From NCBI GenBank assembly GCA_030390025.1, contig CM059438.1, positions 61,754,001 through 61,818,000 on the forward strand: 64,000 bases of DNA. The letters run 5' to 3'. Below the pieces are notes generated by a model, which was not told the origin of the DNA, made no database searches, and worked only from the letters and a program-made list of their open reading frames with translations. This stretch comes from Squalus acanthias. Lineage: Eukaryota. Shown in pieces: positions 23,727 through 36,374 of this stretch. A program made the translations under genes and the position numbers. Numbering within the stretch: position 1 is the stretch's first letter; each line of letters opens with the position of its first letter.

Positions 23727-24591
23727 GGGGGAGAAATTCGGTATCGCCCCGTTTGGGGCGCAATTATCGGCCGGGCGCAAAGTTTAGCGCCTGGCGCTAA
23801 TTATCGCCTCCGACTGCAAACTTGGCTTCTATCGCCCCTGGAGGTGATTGGAGCGCTAAATCAGGCGCCACACACCTCTCTTAAGGTGCTAACGCCGAGG
23901 AGCGAGGCGCTAACTCAGAGCGCTGGCAAAGCTCATGTGATGTCAGTCAGCAATGGAACACAGACACACTGGTGCCAGCCAGTTCTTAAAGGGGAGGGTC
24001 GGTCTTGCTCTCCATCCACACCCTGCTCATTGCAGCCTTGAATCTCGGCCTGGAGAGACCTGTACATCAAATCTGCTGGAAAGAACAATAGAGAGGCCCA
24101 GGGAAAGAGCTCAGAGTGCAGCCCCCACAGTCTCTTCTAAATCGATGCAAGGAAGATCAAATCAAAATGAACCTGCAAAGTGCTGCTCAGTACCCAAAAC
24201 TCCTCAACACAGCGTTGAATATCACCAGAAGTCTCTCTCTCTCTCACTCAAAAAAAGACAGGAAGCGGTCGCCTTTAAATAGCGCTCCCCCAGTCCCTTC
24301 CTAACTGCAAAACGCTCCCCTCAACCTGTCGTTGCTAGCGGCAGGCAGAAAGGCAGGGGGCGCCACTCAATATCCGGTCCGGGGCGCTACCGGGGCATTG
24401 CACGCTCGACTGACCTCACGATCTGCGGGCGCAGGAGGTAGTGGTGGTAGTGTTTAGTGCTGCCGCAAAATGTCTGGTCAATTTCGCGAGCGGCGCAAAC
24501 ATCGCCGCGCCCGGGCGTTAGTTGCTTTGCGGCCCATTAGCGCCCTCTTAAGGCGCTAACAGGAGGCGCAAACCAACCAAATTTTTCCCCC
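23727..24591 (+). mobile_element. Non-autonomous Harbinger-type element (same family as 47321-48214)
   Basis: TIRs GGGGGAGAAATT / AATTTTTCCCCC; flanks AAT / GAT; colinear with the second copy over most of its length. Confidence 0.8.
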
Positions 24592-24983
24592 GATATCATT
24601 AGTTCAGAGAACGAAATGATGACTAGGTAAAACATTATTTTCATTGGTTAGTGGTTTAACTAATGGGACCATGTTTAAGATCATCACCAACAGAATGAAG
24701 GAACAGATTAGGGGAATTTTTTTACACATTGTTATTAGGAAATGGAATCCTTACCAGGGTAGTGGTGGAAGCAGAATTCATAATTAGTCTTTAAAAGTGA
24801 GGTGGATAAATATTTGCAAAAGACAAATATAAAAGGATATGGGAAAGGGCAGGAGAATGGGACTAAGTTGATAATTCTATCAGAGAGCCGATACAGTTGC
24901 GATGGTCTGAATGCTGTGCTGTAAAGTTCTGTAAGTCTTCCACAAACAGAACAGGACATTCTGACTGTGCTGATCAAAGTCAA

Positions 24984-26165
24984 AGCCGGAATTTTCTTCA
25001 AGGAGGCAGGTTGGGGGCAGGGGGGGAGTCCGAGGCGGGTGGGAAACCCGGGAGGTCGGGTTTCCCGCAGGCCCTGCCGACTTTGAATGTGAGGCCTTGG
25101 TTTCCCGCCTGCAATGGATAGGCCTCAGTTGCGAGGGATCGGTCCGGGGAGGGATCCCGGGGATCGGCGGGGCGGGGCGTTCAGGAATTGGGAGAGGGGG
25201 AGGGAGGATCGGCGGAGTGGGTTTCAGGATCGGCAGGGGATTGGGGATCGGCAGACAATGGGGGATGGTCGGGAATCGCGGATCATGGGTGGGGCGTGGG
25301 AGTCGGCCAGGGACCCGGGGGAGGATCGGCAGGGGTCAGGGATTGGTGGGGGAGGGGGAGCGGTCGGCTGGAGATCAGCGGGGTGCGGAGAGAGGATCGT
25401 GTCTGGCCTCATCATCATCATTGGGTGGGAGGCCTGGGAAAGGTGATCGGAGGCCTCCTGGTGGGGTCTCCGATTGCGCTGGGGTGGGTATGGTTGGGAC
25501 CCTGGATCCAGGAGGTAGGTATAAAGCCACTTACAGAATCACAGAATCCCCACAGTGCAGATAGAGGCCATTTCGGCCCATCGAGCCTGCACCGACACAT
25601 ATCCCACCCTATCCCCGTAACCCCACGTATTTAATCCCCCTAACACTAAGGGTCAATTTATCATAGCCAAATCAACCTAACCTGCACATCTTTGGACTGT
25701 GGGAGGAAACCGGAGCACCCGAAGGAAACCCACGCAGACACGGGGAGAATGTGCAAACTCCACACAGACAGTCACCCGAGGCCGGATTCGAACCCGGGTC
25801 CCTGGCGCTGTGAGGCAACAGTGCTAACCACTATGCCACCGTGTTGCCTCCTGGATACAGCAGTCCCCGCCTCTGTTTAACTGCCAGGTTTCATGAATTG
25901 TGTGAAACCCGTCCCGAGGCAGTTAAATCCAAAATGGATGGGGAAAAAGAGGCTTCCAGCCTCATTACAGTATTTAAATTTAGGTAACGCCCCCCTGGGA
26001 GCAGGTTGGTCTTCCGCCACCCACCGCCCCACCCCCCCATTCCACCTCCGAGAAAACCAGAAGTGGGCGGGTTGGAGGCGGGATCAGGTCGGGAATCCCA
26101 TTTTTAACAATTTAACTGCCCCCACGCTCCAAACCCACTCATTTTTTTATAGGAATATTCCGGCC
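24984..26165. mobile_element. GC-rich TIR element (MITE-like), interrupted by a SINE
   Basis: Ends GCCGGAATTTTC / GAATATTCCGGC; G-rich interior. Confidence 0.65.
25533..25848 (-). mobile_element. HE1-like V-SINE with CR1-type tail
   Basis: Minus-strand head GGCAACACGGTGGCATAGTGGTTAGCACTG...GGGTTCGAATCC; V-domain TGTGTGGAGTTTGCACATTCTCCCCGTGTCTGCGTGGGTTTCC. Confidence 0.88.
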
Positions 26166-26611
26166 ATTGTTTCCAAAGGCATCTTCTCTTGTACCTGCAC
26201 GGTCCCCTATGGTGATCCCCAGGGCTCCGCCCATGGCTCTCTCATCTTAACATGGCCATGGTATCCCTCAGCAATACCATCCGGAAGCAGAGTGCCAGCT
26301 TTCACATGGTGACACCCAGTTTAACTTCTCCACCTTCTCCATTGACCCCAGGGTTGCTGCCACTCTCTCCAACAGCCTATCTGACACTTAAAGTGAGAGG
26401 TAAAATTCATTCAAGCCAAATGTTGGAAAAACGAAAACTTCTGCAAACACATATTTTCTACCAACGTTTGCTCCACCAGTCTGTCCTGCTGCCATTTCAG
26501 GACCGCCCCCCGCCCCCCCCAACCCCGAGGTGTAGAAACTCATGACCAGCTCAGGGCCCAAAATCAACTTCCACCCTCACATCCGACCCATCATCATTTC
26601 AACTCTGATTC

Positions 26612-29185
26612 ATAAGAACATAAGAAATAGGAGCAGGAGTAGGTCAGTCGGCCCCTCGAGCCTGCTCCGCCATTCAATAAGTTCATGGCTGATCTGATCT
26701 TGGCCTCAATTCCACTTTCCTGCCTGTTCCCCATAACCCTTGACTCCCCTGTAGCTCAAATATCTGTCTATCTCAGCCTTGAATATATTCAATGACTCCG
26801 CCTCCACAGCTCTCTGGGGTAGAGAATTCCAAAGATTCACGACCCTCTGAGAGAAGAAATTCCTCCTCATCTCCGTCTTAAATGGGCAACACCTTATCCT
26901 GAAACTATGCCCCCTAGTTCTAGATACCCCCATGAGGGGAAACATCCTCTCAGCATCCACCCTGTCAACCCCCCTCAGAATCTTATATGTTTCAATAAGA
27001 TCACCTCTCATTCTTCTGAACAATAGACCAAACCTGCTCAACCTTTCTTCATAAGACAACCCTTTCATCTCAGGAATCAATCTAGTGAACCTTCTCTGAA
27101 CTGCCTCCAATGTAAGTATATTCTTCCTTAAACAAGGAGACCAAAACTGTACGCAGTACTCCAGGTGTGGTCTCACCAACACCCTGTACAGTTGTAGCAA
27201 GACTTCCCTACTTTTATACTCCATTCCCCCTTGCAATAAAGGTCAACATTCCCCTTGACTCCCTTACCATTCAAAAATCTGTCTATCTCCACTTTAAATA
27301 TATTCAATGACCCAGCCTCCACAGCTCTCTGGGGAAGAGAAGTCCAAAGATTCACGACCCTCTGAGAGAAGAAATTCCTCCTCATTTCCGATTTAAATGG
27401 ATGCCCCCTTATCCTGAAACTATGCCCCCTAGTTCTAGATTCCCCCACGAGGGGAAACATCCTCTCTGCATCTACCCTGTCAAGACCCCTCAGAATCTAA
27501 TATGTTTCAATAAGATCCCCTCTCATTCTTCTAAACTCAATGAGTATAGGCCCAACCTACTCAACCTTTCTTCATAAGACAACCCCTTCATCTCAGGAAT
27601 CAACCTCGTGAACCTTCTCTGAACTGCCTCCAATGTAAGTATATCCTTCCTTAAATAAGGAGACCAATACTGTACGCAGTACTCCAGGTGTGGTCTCACC
27701 AACACCCTGTACAGTTGTAACAGGACTTCCCTTCTTTTATACTCCATTCCCTTTGCAATAAAGGCCAACATTCCATTTGCCTTCCTAATTACTTGCTGTA
27801 CCTGCATGCTAACTTTGTGATTCATGTACAAGGACCCCCAGATCCCTCTGTACCTCAGCATTCTGTAGTCTCTCTCCATTTAAATAATCATTTGCTTTTT
27901 TATTTTTCCTACCAAAGTGGATAACCTCGCATTTTCCCACATTATACTCCATCTGCCAGATTTTTGCCCACTCACTTAGCCTATCTATATCCCTTTGGAG
28001 ATTCTTTGCATCCTCCACACAATTTGCTTTCCCACCTATCTTTGTATCATCAGCAAATTTGGCTACATTGCACTCAGTCCCTTCATCCAAGTCATTAATC
28101 TAGATTGTAAATAGTTGAGGCCCCAGTACTGATCCCTGTGGCACCCCACTAGTTACAGTTTGCCAACCTGAAAATGACCCATTTATCCCGCCTCTTTGTT
28201 TTCTGTTAGTTAGCCAATCCTCTATCCATGCTAATATATTACCCCCAACACTGTGAGCTCTTATCTTGTGCAGTAACCTTTAATGTGGCACCTTATCAAA
28301 TGCCTTTTGGAAATCCAAATACACGACATCTCTGGTTCCCCTTTATCCACCCTGCTCATTACATCCTCAAAGAACTCTAATAAACTTGTCAAACAGGATT
28401 TCCCTTTCATAAAACCATGTTGGCTCTGCTTGATTGTATTATGATTTTCTAAATATCCTGTTACTACTCCCTTAATAATGTATTCCAGCATTTTCCCAAT
28501 GACAGATGTTAGGCTAACTGGCCTATAGGTTCCTGCTTTCTGTCTCCCTCCTTTCTTGAATAGGAGCATTATATTTGAGATTTTCCAATCCGCTGGGACA
28601 TCTCCAGAATCTAGGGAATTTTGGAAGATTACAACCAATGCATCTACTATCTCTGCAGCCACTTCTTTTAAGACCCAAGGATGCAAGCCATCAGGCCCAG
28701 GGGACTTGTCAGCCTTTAGTCCCATTAGTTTGCCCAGTACATTTTCTCTAGTGATAGTGATTGTTTTAAGTTCCTCCCTCCCTTTTGCCCCTTGATTATC
28801 TACTATTGTTGGAATGCTTTTAGTGCATTCTACCGTGAAGACAGATACAAAATATTTGTTCAAAGTCCCTGACAATTCCTTGTTTCCCATTATTAATTCC
28901 CCAGTCTCATCCTCTAAGGGACCGATGTTTACTTTAGCTACTCTCTTCCTTTTTATATACTTGTAGAAGCTCTTACTGTCTGTTTTTATATTTCTTGCTA
29001 GTTTACTCTCATAATATATTTTCTCCCTCTTTCTTATTTTTTTAGTCATCCTTTGTTGGTTTCCAAAAATTTCCCAATCTTCTGGTCTACCACTAATCTT
29101 CGCAACATTGTATGCCTTTTCTTTCAATTTGACACCATCTTTAACTTCCTTAGTTAGACACAGATGGTTCATCCTTCTCGTAGAT
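26612..29185 (-). mobile_element. CR1 LINE, 5'-truncated, with duplicated 3' segment, inserted in a decayed L2 (remnants ~26170-26610 and ~29190-29460)
   Basis: KSPGPDGLHP, YRPVSLTS, KFADD, RPHLEYC (twice); GATTCAT at both ends is a probable TSD. Confidence 0.92.
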
Positions 29186-29526
29186 TCATTGTCCATCTCC
29201 ACCCTGCCTCTTTCTCCCTCTACCCTAATCCATACATTGTCTATCTCTGCCCTACCTCTCTTGCTCTACCCTAATCCATTCCTTTATCATGTTTATTCCA
29301 GTGTTCTCCTAGCCCATTTCCCTAGCCTCTATAAACTACAACTCATAAAGAATGTTGTAAACTGCATTTTCATCTGCACTAAGGCCACATCCCCATCTCT
29401 CCAGGAAGTCAGCCAAGCTCCACTCGCTCCCCATGTCCTAGAGAATTCATTTTAATATCCTTCCTAATCACATTCCCACTTCACACTGCATCCTGAAACT
29501 CAGTCCCACTTGACACTGTGCAGAGA

Positions 29527-29793
29527 CGGGCGGTCGAGGGGGTCGTTTGGCCCGACTGCCTGCCTCTCTTCTGCGGCCACGTTCGCACCCGGGTGGCCCT
29601 GGAGATGGAGCACACGGTGTCCGCCGGCACGCTCGAGGCCTTCCGCGACCGGTGGGCGCCGCCGGGACTGGAGTGCATCATCACCCCGGCCAACACAATT
29701 TTAATTTAATTTGTTAAGTTTTATTTAAAGCTATATTAGTTACAGTTGATTTATTTTAGTGCACCCAATCAAAAGAGTACACTGAAAAAGATG
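29527..29793 (+). mobile_element. Tx1/L1-group LINE extreme 3' fragment
   Basis: C-terminal peptide VRTRVALEMEH...LEAFRDRWAPPGLEC; T-rich 3' UTR; 15-bp TSD GACACTGTGCAGAGA at 29512-29526 and 29794-29808. Confidence 0.7.
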
Positions 29794-31860
29794 GACACTG
29801 TGCAGAGAGTGGTCTGCACAGAGTAATCTTAAATGGAGTGCTTTTAAACAGTGTTAAAGTTGGGAATTTGGAGAGAGTGGAAGTCTCTGGTAAGTACTGG
29901 GTGAGTCTGGGTGAGTACTAGCTGTAAAAAGTGAAATTTAGTAACATTTTGAATTTAAATTAGAACTTTAAAAACTGTAGTTAACAGAAGCTGGCTGTCA
30001 GTGGCAGTTAACTGTCAGTCACCTACGAGTGTTTGACTTGAATAGGTGTTAATCACCAAGAGCTGGGGAGCTGAGTCAACACTTGTAAATTGGGCGAGGC
30101 TCCAAGGATATAAAGGTAAACACCATCTGCTGATCCAGAGAGTGGTCTTAAATGGAGTGCTTCTAAACAGAGTGTTAAAGTTGGGAATTTGGAGAGAGTG
30201 GGAATTTGGAGCAGAGGGGGACGGAGCTGTTGCTTTTTGCCTCCAATACTTGTAGTGCTTTGTGTTACAGGTAAATATTTAATTTCATCTCTCTATAACT
30301 TAAACTAGATCCAGTAATTAGTTAAAAACTAAACTATCAGCTAAGTTAATTGGTTGTAATCTACCAAAATTCCCTGGATTCTAGAGAGGTCCCAGCGGAA
30401 TGGAAAACTGCAAATGTAAAGCCCCTATTTAAGAAAGGAGGGAGACAGAAAGCAGGAAACTATAGACCAGTTAGCCTAACATCTGTTATTGGGAAAATGC
30501 TGGAGTCCATCGTTAAGGAAGTGGTAGCAGGACATTTAGACAATCATAATATAGTCAAGCAGAGTCAGCATGGTTTTATGAAAGGGAAATCATGTTTGAC
30601 AAATTTTCTGGAGTTCTTTGAGATATAACGAGCAGGGTGGATAAAGGGGAACCAGGAGATGTCGTGTATTTGGATTTCCAAAAGGCATTCAATAAGGTGC
30701 CACATAAAAGGTTACTGCATAAAGATAAGAGCTCACGGGGTTGGGGGTAATATATTAGCATGGATAGAGGATTGGCTAACTAACAGAAAACAGAGAGTCG
30801 GGATAAATGGGTCATTTTCAGGTTGGCAAACTGTAACTAATGGGGTGCCACAGGGATCAGTACTGGGGCCTCAACTATTTACAATCTATATTAATGACTT
30901 GGATGAAGGGACTGAGTGTAATGTAGCCAAATTTGCTGATGATAAAAAGATAGGTGGGAAAGCAAATTGTGTGGAGGACGCAAAGAATCTCCAAAGGGAT
31001 ATAGATAGGCTAAGTGAATGGGCAAAAATCTGGCAGATGGAGTATAATGTGGGAAAATGCGAGGTTATCCACTTTGGCGGGAAAAATAAAAAAGCAAATG
31101 ATTATTTAAATGGGGAGAGATTACAAAATGCTGAGGTACAGAGGGATCTGGGGGTCCTTGTACATGAATCACAAAGTTAGCATGCAGGTACAGCAAGTAA
31201 TTAGGAAGGCAAATGGAATGTTGGCCTTTATTGCAAAGGGAATGGAGTATAAAAGTAGGGAAGTCCTGTTACAACTGTACAGGGTGTTGGTGAGACCACA
31301 CCTTGAGTACTGCGTACAGTTTGGTCTCCTTATTTAAGGAAGGATATACTTGCATTGGAGGCAGTTCAGAGAAGGTTCACGAGGTTGATTCCGGAGATGA
31401 AGGGGTTGTCTTATGAAGAAAGGTTGAGTAGGTTGGGCCTATACTCATTGGAGTTTAGAAGAATGAGAGGGGATCTTATTGAAACATATAAGATTCTGAG
31501 GGGTCTTGACAGGGTAGATGCAGAGAGGATGTTTCCCCTCGTGGGGGAATCTAGAACTAGGGGGCATAAATTCAGAATAAGGGGGCATCCATTTAAAACG
31601 GAACTGAGGAGGAATTTCTTCTCTCAGAGGGTCGTGAATCTTTGGAATTCTCTTCCCCAGAGAGCTGTGGAGGCTGGGTCACTGAATATATTTAAAGTGG
31701 AGATAGACAGATTTTTGAATGGTAAGGGAGTCAAGGGTTATGAGGAGCGGGCAGGGAAGTGGAGTTGAGGCCAAGATCAGATCAGCCATGATCTTATTGA
31801 ATGGCGGAGCAGGCTCGTGGTCCCAAATGACCTGCTCCTGCTCCTACGTCTTATGTTCTG
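29794..31860 (+). mobile_element. CR1 LINE: probable 5' UTR region (29794-30345) joined to RT and 3' end
   Basis: RT motifs from 30350 (NYRPVSLTS, GVPQGSVLGP, KFADD); CR1 tail at ~31850. The 5' UTR assignment is less certain. Confidence 0.85.
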
Positions 31861-33378
31861 TTCTAAAAGAGGTGGCTGCAGAGATAGTGGATGTGATCTT
31901 CCAAAATTCCCTAGAATCTAGAATGGTCCGAGCGGATTGGAAGGTAGCAAATGTAACTCCTCTATTCAAGAAAGGAGGGAGAGAGAAAACAGGGAACTAC
32001 AGGCCAGCTAGTCGTCGGGAAAAATGCTGGAATCCATTATTAAGGAAGTGGATATGGGGCACTTAGAAAATAATATCATTAGGCAGAGTCAACATGGTTT
32101 TATGAAAGGGAAATTAACAAATTTATTAGCAGGGTAGATAAAGGGGAACCAGTGGATGTAGTATATTTGGATTTCCAAAAGGCATTTGAGAAGGTGCCAC
32201 ATAAAAGGTTGCTATGCAAGATAAGGGCTCATGGGGTTGGGGGTAATATATTAGCATGGATAGAGGACTGGTTAATGGACAGAAAACAGAGTAGGGATAA
32301 ACGGGTCATTTTCAGGTTGGCAGGCTGTAACTGGTGGGGTGCCGCAAGAATCAGTACTTGGGCCTCAGCTATTTACAATCTATAGTAATGACTTAGATGA
32401 AGGGACCGAGTGCAATGAATCCAAGATTGCTGACGATACAAAGCTAGGTGGGAAAGTAAGTTGTGAGGAGGACACAGAGCCTGCAAAGGGATATAGACAG
32501 GTTAAGTGAGTGGGCAAGAACGTGGCAGATGTAGTATAATGTGGAGAAATATGAGGTTATTCACTTTGGTAGGAAGAATATAAAAATAGACTATTTTTTT
32601 AAATGGTGAGAAACTATTAACTGTTGGTGTTCAGAGAGATTTAGGTGTTCAGAGAGATTTAGGTGTCCTCGTACAAGAAACACAGAAAGTTAGCATGCAG
32701 GTACAGCAAGCAATTAGGAAGGCAAATGGCATGTTGGCCTTTATTGCAAGGGGGTTGGAGCACAAAAGTAAGGAAGTTTTGTTACATTTGTACAGGGCTT
32801 TGGTGAGACCACACGTGGAGTACTGTGCATAGTTTAGGTCTCCTTCTCTGAGGAAGGACATACATACCTTGGAGGCAGTGCAACAAAGGTTCACTAGATT
32901 GATTCCTGGTTTGAGAGGGTTGTCTTATGAGGAGAGATTGAGTAGATTGGGCCTGTACTCTCTGGAGTTTAGAAGAATGAGAGGTGATCTCATTGAAACA
33001 TGTAAGATTCTAAGGGGGATTGGCAGGGTAGATGCTGGGAGGTTGTTATCCCTGGTTGGAGTGTCTAGAACTAGGGGACATAGTCTCAGGATAAGGGGTA
33101 GGCCAGTTAAGACTGAGATGAGGAGGAATTTCTTCACTCAGCGGGTTGTGAATCTTTGGAATTCTCTACCCCAAAGGGCTGTGGATGCTGGGTTATTGAT
33201 TATATTCAAGTCTGAGATGGATAGATTTTTGGACTCTAGGTGAATCAAGGAATATGGAGATCAGGCGGGAAAGTAGAGTTGAGGTCGAAGATCAGCCATG
33301 ATCTTATTGAATGGCGGAGCAGGCTCAAGGGGCCGTATTGCCTACTCCTGCTCCTAATTCTTATGTTCTTACGTTCTT
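31861..33378 (+). mobile_element. Second tandem CR1 3' fragment, more diverged
   Basis: VLKEVAAEIV, DVVYLDFQKAF, RNFFTQRVVNLWNSLP; many lesions; TTCTTATG-type tail. Confidence 0.92.
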
Positions 33379-34134
33379 ACACTGTATCCTTAAACACAGT
33401 CCCACTTCACACTGTATCCTGAAACTCCAGTCAGTCCTTTATTCTCAAACTCTCAGCTGATAATGGTGTTTATACAGCTGTCCTTTCTGTTCTTTCCTTC
33501 CTATTTGACCAGAATTTTGATGAGCAAACTTGTCTCAAATCTTTCGTTTCTTTTTACCCATTTTAGTTTTGTTTGGGTGGTGTAGAGGGCCCTGTTTGTG
33601 AGGGAGGTGCTGCTGCAGTGTGCAGCCTGGGCTGAAGGTGCTGCAGTGGAGGCAATGAGCTGGCACAGGACAACAGCGCCACTCACTGTACGACTGAAGA
33701 TTTTAAACATTGCGGCTTCTGTCTTTTCTCAATAAAGACTCTGCGGATTGCTCTCCATGGTATTGCTGACACTTCGCCAGCTGCTGTCAGAATGTTTACG
33801 CAGAGCGGATAAAGTGACATTTTAAATTTTGTCTCCAAATGTTACTTATAGACCTAGAGTAAATATCACACCCCAACAATGTGTGCAGAGAAAATGATTA
33901 ATGTGTTGCCAGATTGTGACTGTCCACCTAATGTCTCTTGAAAGTCCTTGTGCACTAATGCTGTACCGGGGGACTTTATGCAGAGGTTTAAAAATTGAAG
34001 GGCTGAAGTTACTTGAGTTAATCTTGCCTGCACAACAGTCACTGTGCTTCGAAGTAACTTCTTGTGTGTGAAGCGCTTTAAGATGTTTCTGAAGAGCGTG
34101 GTAAGGTTTTTTTTTAAATGAGCAATAATTGATA

Positions 34135-34392
34135 CAGGGAGCAGGGAGAAGTGGCTGGGACATGGACTGGAGAGGGATCGTACAACAGGGAATGGAGAGA
34201 GGTTTGGGAATGTGAATGGAGAGGGGCTTGGGACAGGGACTGGAGAGGGATCGTACATCAGGGAATGGAGAGGGGTTTGGGAATGTGAATGGAGAGGAGC
34301 TTGGGAATGTGAATGGAAAGAGGCTTGGGACATGGAATGGAGAGGGATCGTACCACAGGGAATGGAAAGAGGTTTGGGACAGGGAATGTAGA
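34135..34392. repeat. Degenerate GA-rich tandem repeat (GGAATGGAGAGGGGCTTGGGA...), continuing at 36375-36495
   Basis: Direct reading; split by the Penelope insertion. Confidence 0.8.
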
Positions 34393-36374
34393 CCCATCGT
34401 TTCAGCCTGTTCTTGCCCCACGGAACTTATCTCTTCCTATCTCGACTCTATTTTTTCTCCCCTTGTCCAGTCTCTTCCCACCTACATCCGCGACTCTTCC
34501 GACGCCCTCCGCCACTTTAACAGTTTCCAGTTTCCTGGCCCCAACTGTCTCCTTTTCACTATGGACGTACAATCCCTCTACACCTCCATCCCCCACCAGG
34601 ATGGCCTGAGGGCGCTCCGCTTCTTCCTTGAACAGAGGCCCAACCAGTCCCCATCCACCACCACCCTCCTCCGCCTGGCTGAACTTGTTCTCACATTGAA
34701 CAACTTCTCCTTTGACTCCACTCATTTCCTCCAAATCAAAGGTGTTGCTATGGGTACCCACATGGGTCCTAGCTATGCCTGCTTTTTCGTGGGATATGTG
34801 GAACACTCTTTGTTCCAGTCCTACTCGGGTCCCCTCCCTCACCTCTTTTTCCGGTACATTGATGACTGTATCAGTGCCGTTTCCTGCTCTTGCCCTGAAC
34901 TAGATAATTTCATTCACTTTGCTTCCAATTTCCACCCCTCCCTCGCCCCCACATGGTCCATCTCCGACTCTTCCCTTCCCTTCCTCGACTTCTCCGTCTC
35001 CATCTCTGGGGATAGGTTATTGACTAACATTCACTACAAGCCCACTGACACCCACAGCTACCTGGACTACACTTCCTCTCACCCCACCTCCTGTAAGGAC
35101 TCTATTCCATTCTCCCAGTTTCTCCGTCTCCGCCGCATCTGCTCTGACGATGCCACCTTCCATACCAGTGCTTCCGACATGTCTTCCTTTCTCCTCAACC
35201 GAGGATTCCCCTCTACTGTGGTTGACACGGCCCTCGACCGTGTCCGTTCTATCTTCCGCACTTCTGCCCTCACCCCTGCCCCTCCCTCCCGGAACCACGA
35301 TAGAGTTCCCCTTGTCCTCACCTTTCACCCCACCAGCCTCCACATTCAACGGATCATCCTCCGCCATTTCCGCCACCTCCAGCGTGATCCCACCACCAAA
35401 CGCATCTTCCCCTCACCTCCCCTTTCAGCATTCCATAGGGACCGCTCCCTCCGCGACACCCTAGTCCACTCCTCTATCACCCCCAGCACCCCTTCCCCTT
35501 CGCCCGGCACCTTCCCGTGCAAGCGCAGGAGATGCAACACATGCCCTTATACCTCCCCCCTTCCCACTGTCCAGGGCCCCAAACACCCCTTCCAGGTGAA
35601 ACAGCGATTTACTTGTACTTCCTGCAATTTAGTATACTGTATTCGCTGCTCACGATGTGGTCTCCTCTACATTGGGGAGACCAAACGCAGATTGGGTTAC
35701 CACTTTGCGGAACACCTCTGTTCAGTCCATAAGGGGGACCCCGAGCTCCCGGTGGCCTGTCACTTTAATTCTCCGCTCCACTCCCACTCTGACCTCACCG
35801 TCCTCGGCCTCTTACACTGTTCCACTGAAGCTCAGCGTAAGCTCGAGGTACAGCGCCTCATCTTTCGATTAGGCACTCTACAGCCCTCTGGACTCAACAT
35901 AGAGTTCAACAATTTCAGATCATAACCTCGGCCCCTATCACCTATATATTTTTTTCATCCACACTTTTTGTTTGGCCCTTTTTTTCTTCCCTCCCACATG
36001 GCAGCTGTCCTTCATTCTGCCAGCGCAATTCACACTTCATCTAGAGCCATCCTTTGTTCCTCAACCTGTTCCATTTCCACCTCCTCTTGCCTTGAATATC
36101 TCTTAATGTCTCTCAATGTCTCTTAATCTCTCCTGCTTTCTATCCTATCACTGACCTTCCCTTTTGTTCTTTCATCCCCTCCCCCATTTCCCAGCCCCTA
36201 AACCTGCCTTAAAATCTATTCCATTTCCTGCTTTTTTCCAGTTCTGACGAAATGTCTTCGACCTGAAACGTTAACTCTGTTTCTCTCTCCACGGATGCTG
36301 CCTGGCCTGCTGAGTTTTTCCAGCGTTTTCTGTTGTTATTTCGGATTTCCAGCATCTGCAGTATTTTGCTATTG
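34393..36374 (+). mobile_element. Penelope-like element, 5'-truncated, uninterrupted RT plus GIY-YIG reading frame to 35925
   Basis: RPIVS, TMDVQSLYTSIPH, GVAMGTHMGP, FRYIDD, VYCIRC...LYIGET; GAATGTAGA on both flanks is a probable TSD. Confidence 0.96.
36240..36276 (+). ncRNA. Minimal hammerhead motif with weakened helix II
   Basis: AGTT-CTGACGA-AATGTC-TTC-GACCT-GAAA-CG-TT-AACT. Confidence 0.6.

Noticed and set aside
22921..24591. CpG-island promoter of a host gene
   Set aside because: Bounded by TIRs, and a paralogous element lies at 47321-48214, so a transposon origin explains it.
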